64,000 nt of DNA from contig CAXXLL010000003.1 of assembly GCA_963662545.2 (NCBI GenBank), forward strand, positions 1,312,001 to 1,376,000. Reading direction: 5' to 3'. Positions 1 through 9,232 of the stretch are shown here, one piece after another. The position numbers and the translations under genes were made by a program. Source of the DNA: Gammaproteobacteria bacterium (GTDB lineage: Bacteria > Pseudomonadota > Gammaproteobacteria > Ga0077536). The notes beneath the pieces were generated by a model. That model had not been told where the DNA came from. It worked only from the letters and a program-made list of their open reading frames with translations, and searched no databases. Position 1 is the first letter of the stretch; the number at the start of each line of letters is the position of its first letter.

Positions 1-274
1 TCGGTTCATGCTCCGTTTTCGCAAGCAGGCCAGCCGCAGATAAGCGCCGGGCGGCCGTATCGACTTCTTCAGCGTGAAAGACTTCGACGCCCAAGTGATT
101 CAGCCGCTCGTGCGCCTCCGGATTTTCTAACAGGACGAGTTTCAGCGGCGGCTCGTCGATCGCGAAGTTGGCGTAGCCGGGTCTCCGTTTATGCGGCTTT
201 GCATCGAACAGCTTTGAGTAATAGGCGACGGCTTGTTCCAGATCCGCCACGTTCAGCGCTAATTGTAATCGCAT
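1..274 (-). CDS. ArsI/CadI-family VOC (glyoxalase-fold) protein, 3' end runs off the window
   Basis: Not in the ORF track because it has no stop in the window. Manual translation from ATG at 274 gives MRLQLALNVADLEQAVAYYSKLFDAKPHKRRPGYANFAIDEPPLKLVLLENP...LNHLGVEV, the characteristic ArsI/CadI N-terminus. Confidence 0.85.
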   Translation of the reverse strand, partial: MRLQLALNVADLEQAVAYYSKLFDAKPHKRRPGYANFAIDEPPLKLVLLENPEAHERLNHLGVEVFHAEEVDTAARRLSAAGLLAKTEHEP

Positions 275-399
275 GTTTCTGCTCCTGTTGCTCCATCCAG
301 TCTATAAGACGCAGCAGCAGGGAAATGGACGCAAAATCTCGATGGATTCCGGGTGATCGTCTGCCGTTAAGTCCTACAGATCTGGCTCCAGATCGCCCG

Positions 400-702
400 T
401 TAAACCACGATATGTTCTTCGGTAAAGAGGATCGCCAGTTCGGAGGCGCCAAGGGTCGCGCTCTCGCGTGCCACCCCGCCCTCGGCCGTCGAGAAAACCC
501 GGTCCATCGCTTCGCGCGTTTCGAACCAGACTTCAGCGATGCCATCGAACGCCTGATCCGGTGTGGTGCAAAGATTGATTCGGTATTCCTTTAACCCAGG
601 CCATTGCTTGACCTTCGGAGCGTGGTCGTTAAGCCACCACGATTTGAATGCCTCGAAATCCATTCCTTCGGGCCTCTTGATAATACCCATGATCTTGTAC
701 AT
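400..702 (-). CDS. EthD-family dimeric alpha/beta barrel protein
   Basis: 100 aa with KRPEGMDFEAFKSWWLNDHAP and FDGIAEVWFET, typical EthD motifs. Confidence 0.85.
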   Translation of the reverse strand: MYKIMGIIKRPEGMDFEAFKSWWLNDHAPKVKQWPGLKEYRINLCTTPDQAFDGIAEVWFETREAMDRVFSTAEGGVARESATLGASELAILFTEEHIVV

Positions 703-733
703 TTCGTTCTGTCCTCAAACGTCGCTCATGATC

Positions 734-1137
734 TCAACCGGGCGATGCGCCGTCGATCTGGCCATGCAAAGGCCCCTGATGCCAGCAGATCATGGTCCAC
801 TCGCCCTTGCTCTTGTGCCAGGTCTGGGTGAACCCCATGAAGCGCTGCCGAAATCCGCAGTCCTTCGGCTTGCCACGGAAGGTCGCGTAACCCGATACGA
901 TGCCGACCGAGCCGCGAGACTGGAATCTGAGTTCGCGCGGGAGCCACGCAAAAGACTCCCAAAGGGAGACGTGGAAGGCGATGTGATCGATGAAATCGCC
1001 TTGTTGAAACGCCAGGGAATGTCCTCGTCGAAGATCACGATGTCCTCGTCCATGACTGCGTATACACCGTCGAGATCACCCCGGTTTAGCGCGTCGCGCC
1101 AGCCGTAGAAAAAGGCTTCGAATTCCTTAGCAGCCAT
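734..1137 (-). pseudogene. SnoaL/NTF2-like (DUF4440-type) protein with a 1-nt frameshift near 998
   Basis: MAAKEFEAFFYGWRDALNRGDLDG...IPWRFNK continues in another frame as DFIDHIAFHVSLWESFAWLPRELRFQSRGSVGIVSGYATFRGKPKDCGFRQRFMGFTQTWHKSKGEWTMICWHQG...SPG*. The span is 404 nt, one base short of a whole number of codons. Confidence 0.75.
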
Positions 1138-1340
1138 TATCTGTGCTCCTGTGTGTCTGTCTACCATCCTATGGTACACGGCTCCGGTATCAGTCTGAGC
1201 CGCGCTGCGGCGGCGGCCTGGTCTAGGCCCTTGTCAGGCGGGGTCATCGTCTGCCATATAGACTTGTATACTTTCGTGCACGCGTTGCCGGTATGCTTTG
1301 CGACTGGGACAGCCCACCTCACGAACGAGAAGCAGCGAAC

Positions 1341-1697
1341 ATGGATCAGAAATACCGCCGCAAGGTGATGACGAACCTCATCATCGGCGCGCCCCTCAAT
1401 CCGACGAAGAAAAACCGGCTTAAACTCCTGTCGAAGATGCTGTCTGATCTCGAAGAGGTCCGCGAAGCGCACCTGCCGCAGGTGAATCAACTGGGGTCGA
1501 ACAAACCGCCGGAACTGATATTTTTCGTGGTTATCGATCCGGAATCGGCAATACCCGGCGTGATGGAGAAGATTGATGCACGCTTGAAGGACGTTTTGCG
1601 CGCCGACGAGAAACTGGAGGTTCGCCCGCTCCTCAAGGATCACGAGCTGCTGCCGGCGATCAGGAATGCCGAGTGCGTGGTCGGCTGGCGCGACTAA
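1341..1697 (+). CDS. Hypothetical protein
   Basis: MDQKYRRKVMTNLIIG...; protein-like composition and fills the gap between genes; no family recognised. Confidence 0.6.
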   Translation: MDQKYRRKVMTNLIIGAPLNPTKKNRLKLLSKMLSDLEEVREAHLPQVNQLGSNKPPELIFFVVIDPESAIPGVMEKIDARLKDVLRADEKLEVRPLLKDHELLPAIRNAECVVGWRD

Positions 1698-1819
1698 TTT
1701 CCCGCGCGACCACGTTTTTCATTCGCGATCGACTGCGCCCCTGGATAGCTCGCCACCCATTTGCTAGGGTTGCGGGTGACCCCGAAGAATAGCAATTTCA
1801 GCCCTGCGGGAGGTACGCA

Positions 1820-3262
1820 ATGAGTATTTCGGAATACGGTGATCTCGACGGTATCGCGCTGGCTCAATTGGTGGCCAAAGGCGAAGTGACGGCCCTGGAA
1901 CTCGTCGAGGAAGCGATCACACGCGTCGAGGCAGTCAATCCCAAGCTCAATGCGGTCGTCTATGAAATGTACGACCATGCGCGCGAACTCGCGGGCGGCA
2001 CCTTACCGGCCGGCAGCTTCGCCGGCGTGCCCTTTCTACTCAAGGACATGACTTCGCATTACGCCGGCACCCCCACCACGCACGGCTGTAAATTCCTCGC
2101 GGACATCGGCCCGTCGGACTACGACACGGAAATCGTCAAGCGCTTCAAGAAAGCCGGCCTCGTCACCGTAGGCAGAACCAGTACACCGGAGCTCGCCTTG
2201 AGCGCGACGACGGAACCGAGCTTTCGCGGCCCGTGCCGCAATCCCTGGGATCCTGATCGCACGACCGGCGGCTCCAGCGGCGGCAGTGCCGCCTCGGTCG
2301 CCGCCCGCGTGGTCCCGATCGCGCACGGCGGCGACGGCGGCGGATCGCTGCGTATGCCGGGCTCGTGCTGCGGCATCGTCGGCTTCAAACCGTCGCGCAT
2401 GCGCACGCCGCACGGCCCGGACATCAGTTCGATCTGGGAATCCTGCTGCGGTGAATTCGTCATGAGCCGCTCGGTGCGCGATTCGGCGTATATGCTGGAT
2501 GCGGTCGCGGGTCAGGATGTCGGCGCCTACTATTCAGCGCCGGCTCAGGAACGGCCGTTCCGGGAAGAGATTGAATCCGATCCGGCGCCGCTCAAAATCG
2601 CATACTCGACCGGCGGCCCCGCAGACTACGACACCCATCCGGATTGCATCGCCGCGGTGGAGAACGCGGCGAAGCTCTGCGCGGATCTCGGTCATCATGT
2701 CGAACAGGCCTGCCCGCGACTGCCGGATGCCTTGATGGAAGCTATGGGCGAAGCCTTCCTCGGCGCGCTCGCCATCGAGACCGCCCGCGACGTCGATGAA
2801 TTGGCTGAACTGGTCGGCCGGACGGCGACCGCCGACGACTTCGAACCCGCCAACTGGTCGTATGTCGAATACGGACGCGGCTTTTCAGGTACCGATGCCG
2901 TGCGCTTTAGGCGCGTCCTGCACGAGGTCGCGCGCACAATCGGACCGTTCTTCGAGGATTACGACGTTTATCTCTCGCCGACACTCGGCAAGCCACCCGT
3001 CCCCATCGGTGAGATCGATCCGAAGATCCCGGACTGGAATGAATACTTCGGCATCATGTTCGACTTCATGCCGTTCACCGCCCTGTTCAATATCACGGGC
3101 GCGGCAGGCGTGTCGCTACCGCTGTGGTGGAACGAGGGAGATCTGCCGATCGGCTCCCAGTTCGTGACTCGCATGGGCCGCGACGGGTTGTTGCTCCAGC
3201 TCAGCGCGCAGCTCGAACGCGCGCAGCCGTGGGCGGACCGGCGGCCGCAGATTTGCAGCTGA
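1820..3262 (+). CDS. Amidase (amidase signature family)
   Basis: FLLKD catalytic Lys, GGSSGGSAA, GGDGGGSLRMP; SD GGAGG upstream. Confidence 0.95.
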   Translation: MSISEYGDLDGIALAQLVAKGEVTALELVEEAITRVEAVNPKLNAVVYEMYDHARELAGGTLPAGSFAGVPFLLKDMTSHYAGTPTTHGCKFLADIGPSDYDTEIVKRFKKAGLVTVGRTSTPELALSATTEPSFRGPCRNPWDPDRTTGGSSGGSAASVAARVVPIAHGGDGGGSLRMPGSCCGIVGFKPSRMRTPHGPDISSIWESCCGEFVMSRSVRDSAYMLDAVAGQDVGAYYSAPAQERPFREEIESDPAPLKIAYSTGGPADYDTHPDCIAAVENAAKLCADLGHHVEQACPRLPDALMEAMGEAFLGALAIETARDVDELAELVGRTATADDFEPANWSYVEYGRGFSGTDAVRFRRVLHEVARTIGPFFEDYDVYLSPTLGKPPVPIGEIDPKIPDWNEYFGIMFDFMPFTALFNITGAAGVSLPLWWNEGDLPIGSQFVTRMGRDGLLLQLSAQLERAQPWADRRPQICS

Positions 3263-3349
3263 AGCGACTGCGAAGGGCGGGGGGAATTTTGCCCGCTCCC
3301 GGGAAGCCTCGTCGACCGTCTCGGCCGACGGGCCGAGAAAAACACCTCC

Positions 3350-3485
3350 GGGCCGGCGCTGTAGAACCTCAAATCGCGGTTGACATCGACGTCGGCGCCC
3401 TTCTTATCAGCATATTCGTAGCTCGCCAGGAACGTCACGAACCACAAACCCCGATGCGTCATGCTGACGCGGTAGCGATCCTCTT
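3350..3485 (-). pseudogene. Isolated diverged fragment of the mtrB-like gene (homologous to 5547-5682)
   Basis: Ungapped 136-bp alignment with 26 mismatches by hand count (~81% identity). Translates EDRYRVSMTHRGLWFVTFLASYEYADKKGADVDVNRDLRFYSAGP versus EERYRVSVTNRGLWFATFLVSYEFADKKGDDFDVTRDFRFYSVGP. Confidence 0.9.
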
Positions 3486-3892
3486 TAAGTCTCTATCTTG
3501 TCGCCGCGTTCAACGTAACGCTTTCGACATAAATTCGGTGATTCAAGAGTTTATGCGGGGATCTTTAGAGGATATGTCATTTTCTCGATTCGACCGCGCG
3601 TATCGGTCGCTTTGTCGTGCCTGCGAACCCTAATGAACCAGCCTTTATGGGCTGGGAACCTACCTACTGTCAGATTAGTGCCTGAGACGCTGGATCACGA
3701 GAAATTATGAGAGTTCTTGAATGTGGGTGCGGGACGGGGCGCGACCAACTGTTAACATATGTCATTAATCCGACGCGCAACGTGATTCGAGACGGCGTCC
3801 TGCGCTAGTCTTATGGGTACCCGTGATAATTTGGGCTGGCAGTCATCGGTTCCAAAGATGACAAAGCCAAGAATCCGAAAAGGAAGGAACAC

Positions 3893-4619
3893 ATGAAATC
3901 ACGCAGCCTGGTACCTTTGCTTACGCTGATTTTGGGCACGTTTTTGACGGTGCGGGCGTTCGCGATATCAGTAGCTTCGCTAGACGACTTTCAGACCGGC
4001 ACCGTTGAAGGTTGGATGACGATGATCGGTCCGGCGCACGCGGTGCCGGCCAACAAAGGACCGCTAGGGGCCGGTGATTTCGCGCTCTTCGTCACGACCA
4101 CTGCAGCCGGCCCCGGCTCAAACTTGGCCACGACGAATACCACGGCTGAATGGACGGGTAACTACATCACCGCCGGTGTCGCGGGGATCATGGTCGATGC
4201 CCGCAATGTAAATGGCGCCAGCGGCAACTTTCCCATTGTGTTTGATATTGATTTAAGGCTTTCGGTGAACGGGGCAGGTGGTGCATTTTCGACTGCGGCG
4301 GCGCATATCCTGCCGAATGGGCCGTCGCCTTGGCAAACGTTACTGCTGTTCGATCTCAACACGCTGGTTCCCATTACGGACGCCGCGCCGGGGGGAGGCG
4401 GATCTATCGGGTTTGATCTTTCCGCGACCCTCGGCAACGTTAGCGAGATCCGGCTCGTGCACAACCCTGCGCCGGCCTGGCGCGGCCTTGCCGTTAACCT
4501 TGCGTTTAGACAATATCACGGCGGTCGCTGGTGTGCTCGTGCCGATTCCAGCGTCCCTACCTTTGCTCCTCTCCGCTGTCGCCGGGCTCGGTTTTGTCAC
4601 GAGACGCGCACGCGCATAA
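3893..4619 (+). pseudogene. Secreted VPLPA-CTERM (PEP-CTERM-like) surface protein with a frameshift near 4495
   Basis: N-terminal signal peptide (MKSRSLVPLLTLILG...AFA). The C-terminal sorting signal LRLDNITAVAGVLVPIPASLPLLLSAVAGLGFVTRRARA* lies in the +1 frame (ORF 4278..4619). Confidence 0.8.
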
Positions 4620-4647
4620 CTGCACTTTAAAGAACCTTACGAATTTA

Positions 4648-4670
4648 AGACCCGGCCTTGAGCCGGGTCT
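4648..4670. terminator. Probable bidirectional intrinsic terminator between convergent genes
   Basis: AGACCCGGC-CTTGA-GCCGGGTCT stem-loop followed by TTATTTT. Confidence 0.7.
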
Positions 4671-4681
4671 TTATTTTGGAA

Positions 4682-7204
4682 TCAGAATCGATAGCGGACG
4701 GTGGCGCCAAAAGTGCTTGCAGTGAAATCCTTGTCGCCGTGACCGAGCATCAGCAGGTGGCCGATGCGGGGTTTCAGGCCGCTGAGCTGGTAGTTGTCAA
4801 ACGTCGAGTACTGGTAACGGAAGAACAACCGCACCGCCCACTGGACGCTCGCCTCGTAGAGTAGGCTGCCCTCGATAATGCGATCGGTGTTCTGCAGATC
4901 GGGAAAGTCAGTGCCGACCTCTTCCCCCGTAAGACCAGCGGCTAAGGCACCATCGGATTCGAAGCTGTAATCGCGCTGTTCATTCGAGTGTAAATAGACG
5001 CCGTGCAGGTCGAGAGTCAGGCGGTCCCCTACTTGCATCTCAATGTCGAAGCCCAGCGTCCACGTCGTCGCTTCCGACTTCATCTGCCACGCGTTTTCGA
5101 ACGGATACACCGCGTCGGTCGACACGACGAACGGCGGGAAGGCCAGCGGGAAAACCGGGAAGCCCGCCTCGAAATCCTGCGGATCAAAATTATCGATGGT
5201 CGTCAAATTGAAGGGGGCGCGGAGCCTGATCCCGTTGATAGACCGCATCTGGCGCTAGCGCGCCTCAATGCTGGCGTAGGCGCTGGCGTTCAACTTGGGC
5301 GACGGCTGAAAGGCTAATTCGATATTGCCCTCACCCGAGCGATTGAAATCGAGGCCGAATTGCGCGTCGTAATCGTTGTCGATGAAGCGCGCGCTGGCCG
5401 AAACGTCGCCGATTTCGCCAACCGCCGCGTTGACGCGGGCGTTGATGATCTTTTGCTTGCGATCAGCCAGGTCGAACTGACGGAGTTCCGCGAGCGAGCG
5501 CAGGGGAGTTGCCGACAGAACCAGAAAGGGCAGCGCGAAATCGGGCGGGCCGACACTGTAGAACCGGAAGTCGCGGGTCACGTCGAAGTCGTCGCCCTTC
5601 TTGTCCGCAAATTCGTAGCTGACCAGAAACGTCGCGAACCATAAACCCCTGTTGGTGACGCTGACCCGGTAGCGTTCCTCTTCCGTTTTCTTTCGGGCCC
5701 GGTGGTCGCGCTCGAAGGTTTCACGCTCGTATTCGAACTCGACTGTGGTGCGCCAGCCGGGGTGCACAACGGCACCTCCCTTGAGGTTCCACTTGTCGTA
5801 ACCGTAGGGAATCGATTTGTAGCGGGGGATTGTAAAGAACGCCCTGAAGAAGCCGTCCTCAGGAAGGTAGCCGAAGAAATCGAGGGCGGGATTAAACGCT
5901 TCGTAATTCGTATCGCTGTCGCGATCGTAGTAGCGTAACTCGCCCTTTAGCCGAAGCTGGCGGAATGGGCGGAACTGGAGGCGCGAATGCGACAGGAAGG
6001 TCCTGACCTCGGCCCGCGCCGTCGGTTTGCCGAGCGCGGCGTCGGGATCGGGCCAGAACGGCGCAGCCGGGTTGACCGGCGGCGCGAGTAAGACCTCGTC
6101 CTGCTCGGCCCGGCTATACGAGACGGAGGTCGTGAAGCGCCCGGAGAACGGCACAATGAAACCGAGGTCGCCCTTTAGAGTGTGCCAGCGATTGTCGGGA
6201 TCGAGTGCAAGCTGGCCCACCTCGCTGCCGCTGAACGCAAAGGGGTTCTCCCAGCGCAGGGCTTCGTTGTCGTTGTCGAAGTAGGAAAAACCGTAGGAAA
6301 GGTTGAGCTGGAGCCACGGGTGTGCGAGTTGCAGACCCGCTGTCAGGTTCTGCGTCGTGTAGTCGACCGGCTCGATGGTCTCGATTACGCTCCCCGCGCC
6401 AGGAGACGGAAACGCGAACGCGAGTGACCCGCTCGACGGCTTCTCGCCCTTGCGCTCCTCAATGCGGTACTCGGCGAACAACCGCAGGATGCGAAACGGC
6501 TTAGCCTCGACCTCGATCCGGCCGCGCTCGCGTTTGACCAAGAGGCGTCGGAATGGCAGCTCGGCGAGCACCGCGTCGATCTCGGCGTCAGTGCTGGCGC
6601 CGGGCACAAGTTCGGGAGGCAGCCGCAGGCTGCTTGTGCCGATCCCTTCGTAAAGGCTCGTCGCGTCGTTCATCAGGCGATGGGGGATCTCGTCGTACGA
6701 GCCGCGCACGCGCAGCCAACCGAGAATCCCGGCCTCCACCGTATAATGCTGGTCGTCGCGCTTGACCGCGCCGCCGTCGATGTGCGCGTAGGCACCGTGT
6801 TCACCGCCACGCAGATCGACGAAGAAGTCATTTAGCACAAGGCTCGGACTGCGATCGAGGTAATCGTCCCAGTAGGCGCGGCGCGTGTCGTTGCCATTGT
6901 TGAAAAGCCCGAGTTCGAACGACCCGCGCGCGAGCAAGCCTTCACTCAGTACCGTGTAGTCCGGCGGCGCGAACGGAAATGGGTAGAGCGTGCCCGTAGG
7001 CGTGCGCCGGCGCGTCGGTCGATACAAGCTCAGACCGCGCGGATCGAGGCTGCGCGAGGCCTCGAGCGAGCGCACATTGATGCGCGTGCCCTCGCCCTCT
7101 CCGGCTGCGGCGGCGGCGAGCGCGATCGTGGCGAGCAGCACGGTCGCACGGAGGCCTCGACGCTTCGCCCCTCCCGGTGGCACCGGCGCAGGGTGTTCAA
7201 TCAT
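4682..7204 (-). CDS. mtrB: MtrB/PioB-family outer-membrane beta-barrel, interrupted by one in-frame TAG at 5255-5257
   Basis: ORFs 5255..7204 and 4682..5248 share a frame (…SIEAR*RQMRSING…). Signal peptide, EPVDYTT and LRWENPF segments, C-terminal beta-signal VRYRF; lies 8 bp downstream of the decaheme cytochrome. Confidence 0.9.
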
Positions 7205-7212
7205 CGTTCACC

Positions 7213-8184
7213 TCAGCGATGGAAGCGTGCCCCGGAGGGATGGTTGGAACCGTGGATTCGGACGTGGCAGTTGACGCAGCCGCGGTTGATCAGCCGCTCG
7301 TCCGGCCGGGCCCCATTGGCGAGGTTGCCGCGGGTCAGGAGCGCAGTCGGATGATCCAATACCCCGATTTGCACGTGACACTGTTGGCACAGGAAGGGCG
7401 GCGCAGTCACTAGTAGATTCTCGCGGTTTGATCCGTGCGGCAAATGACAGCTCAAGCAGTTCTCGGTGACCGGGGCGTGTTCCCACAGAAACGGGCCGCG
7501 CTTCTCGGCATGGCAGCCGAAGCAAAGCTGGTTGACCGAATCCGCTCGCAAAAGCGGATCGGTCGCGGAGCCGTGCGGGTTGTGACAGTCGACGCAATTC
7601 ATCTTACCCTCGAGCAAGGGCATATGGGAACGCTTGCGGAATTGCAGACGCTGAGTCTTGTGGCACGTGAAGCAGGTTTCGTTGACGGTCGCTTCGCGCA
7701 GCAGACCGGCGGCGGAGGTTCGCGTCATCGGATTGTGGCAATCGCTGCACCCGATATTCTGGGCTTCGTGCGTCGACCCCAGCCAGTGGAAACGGTCGCC
7801 GCCGACGTGACACTCGAGGCACACTGCATTTTGCGTCGTGACGGCTTGGGCTGAGCGCCGCGTAAACGCGATGATCGAGTCGGGGACCGTGGCATTCGCA
7901 AAATGTGCCGAGCCCGGGCCGTGGCAAGCCTCGCATCCGCGCGCCTGCTGTTCGCCACGGGGATGATTCTTGAAAACCCGTGCGTGCACTGTGTCGTCCC
8001 AGTGCTCCGCTTCGACCTGGTGACAGATACGGCATTTTGCCTCGCCGATATAGGTGCGTTCCTGGCCGCTGGCGCCCTCATTGCCCGGGTCGGCGCCTGA
8101 TTCCTTTGCTTGTGCCAGGCTGATCCACGCGCCGAGGACGATGACGATACTGGACAATGTCGTCAATGAACGATAGGCGGGCAC
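7213..8184 (-). CDS. mtrA: DmsE/MtrA/PioA-family periplasmic decaheme cytochrome c
   Basis: Signal peptide plus ten CxxCH motifs (CRICH, CEACH, CLECH, CSDCH, CFTCH, CVDCH, CFGCH, CLSCH, CQQCH, CVNCH), KRGPFLWEHAPV and the IHGSNHPSG terminus. Confidence 0.96.
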   Translation of the reverse strand: MPAYRSLTTLSSIVIVLGAWISLAQAKESGADPGNEGASGQERTYIGEAKCRICHQVEAEHWDDTVHARVFKNHPRGEQQARGCEACHGPGSAHFANATVPDSIIAFTRRSAQAVTTQNAVCLECHVGGDRFHWLGSTHEAQNIGCSDCHNPMTRTSAAGLLREATVNETCFTCHKTQRLQFRKRSHMPLLEGKMNCVDCHNPHGSATDPLLRADSVNQLCFGCHAEKRGPFLWEHAPVTENCLSCHLPHGSNRENLLVTAPPFLCQQCHVQIGVLDHPTALLTRGNLANGARPDERLINRGCVNCHVRIHGSNHPSGARFHR

Positions 8185-8392
8185 GAACTTCCCCTTTCAC
8201 CAAATCTGGATTAGCAAGCGCGCAAACGGATAGCGCTCCCGGAGTGTTGAGTTCCATCATGAGTGCCAACCGTTCAAATCACGACCGCATGGTACGACGA
8301 ATTTTTCTATCGCGGCACGGCGCTCGGCAGTGAAAAAAATACCTCGAAGGCCGCGAGCCTTGGTATCCACACCCCGAATCGAAGAGAGTGCT

Positions 8393-9232
8393 CTAGTCCT
8401 TTACGATCCGGAGCCGTGCGCCCAGTGCCCGGCCCGGTTCGATCTCGATCGAGTCCGCGCTCACGTTGGTCGCTGCTGCACCGATTATTGCCGCGGTCGC
8501 GGCGAGATCAGGCGATCGTAGTTGAAGCCTGAAAGGCCCCGGTCCCCACCGCTCCAGCTCTTCTGTCCGGATGTATTCGGAAGGCTCACAAAGCTCGAGT
8601 TCGAATCCGCCGACGCGATAGCTCAGGGCCGGCGGTTCCGGCGGGCGTCCCGATGGCGAGAGACCGAAGGCTTTCTCGTAGAGCGTCGCCGCCGCGTCGA
8701 TATCATCGACGAGTAATTCCATCCCGCTGACACCGGTCACCCGATTCGGGTGACTCCCTATCGGGTCCCACCTCAAGCGATCGGCATCGGGGGTTTCCCA
8801 TTCGATCAAAAATGGCCACGGTTTGCGCCAGGGTGACGATCCGGGGATGACCAGCCGCCAGGTCAGAATATGCCCGTCCGGGCGCTCGCGTTCCATGGCG
8901 AACGGTCCCTCGGCTGCGAGCCCGATGTTCGCCAGCCCTTCTGCTTCATCTTCGAGCCGGCTGCTCGCGAAGACGAACCCGACCAGGCCCATCGACTGCT
9001 CCAGAAACGCTGCCAGTTCGGCACCGAATGAACCACGCGTCCGCGCCTGATCGGCGTCTTCGACCGCGAGCAGTTCCAGGTAATCGAGTCCGAAACGCAC
9101 GATCGCGTTGCGGGTACCGAGCGATGGGTGACGCCCGCCGGCAGCGACCTCGAATCCGAGCGCGGTATAAACCTCGATCGCCGTATCGATATCGGGTACC
9201 GCAATCACCGCGTGGTCGAAACGGACGATCAT
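8393..9232 (-). CDS. VOC-family (glyoxalase_3-like) protein
   Basis: FDHAVIAV, GGRHPSLGTRNAIVRFGLDYLEL, WPFLIEW; overlaps the upstream LLM gene by 4 bp. Confidence 0.85.
   Translation of the reverse strand: MIVRFDHAVIAVPDIDTAIEVYTALGFEVAAGGRHPSLGTRNAIVRFGLDYLELLAVEDADQARTRGSFGAELAAFLEQSMGLVGFVFASSRLEDEAEGLANIGLAAEGPFAMERERPDGHILTWRLVIPGSSPWRKPWPFLIEWETPDADRLRWDPIGSHPNRVTGVSGMELLVDDIDAAATLYEKAFGLSPSGRPPEPPALSYRVGGFELELCEPSEYIRTEELERWGPGPFRLQLRSPDLAATAAIIGAAATNVSADSIEIEPGRALGARLRIVKD

Noticed and set aside
5255-5257. Genome-wide TAG recoding
   Set aside because: Several genes here end normally at TAG (azoR, acxA-like, Rieske beta, thiolase at 44853), and no pyl genes are visible.
3350-5682. 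Diversity-generating retroelement TR/VR pair for mtrB
   Set aside because: The 26 mismatches are not adenine-specific on either strand, and no reverse transcriptase is in the window.
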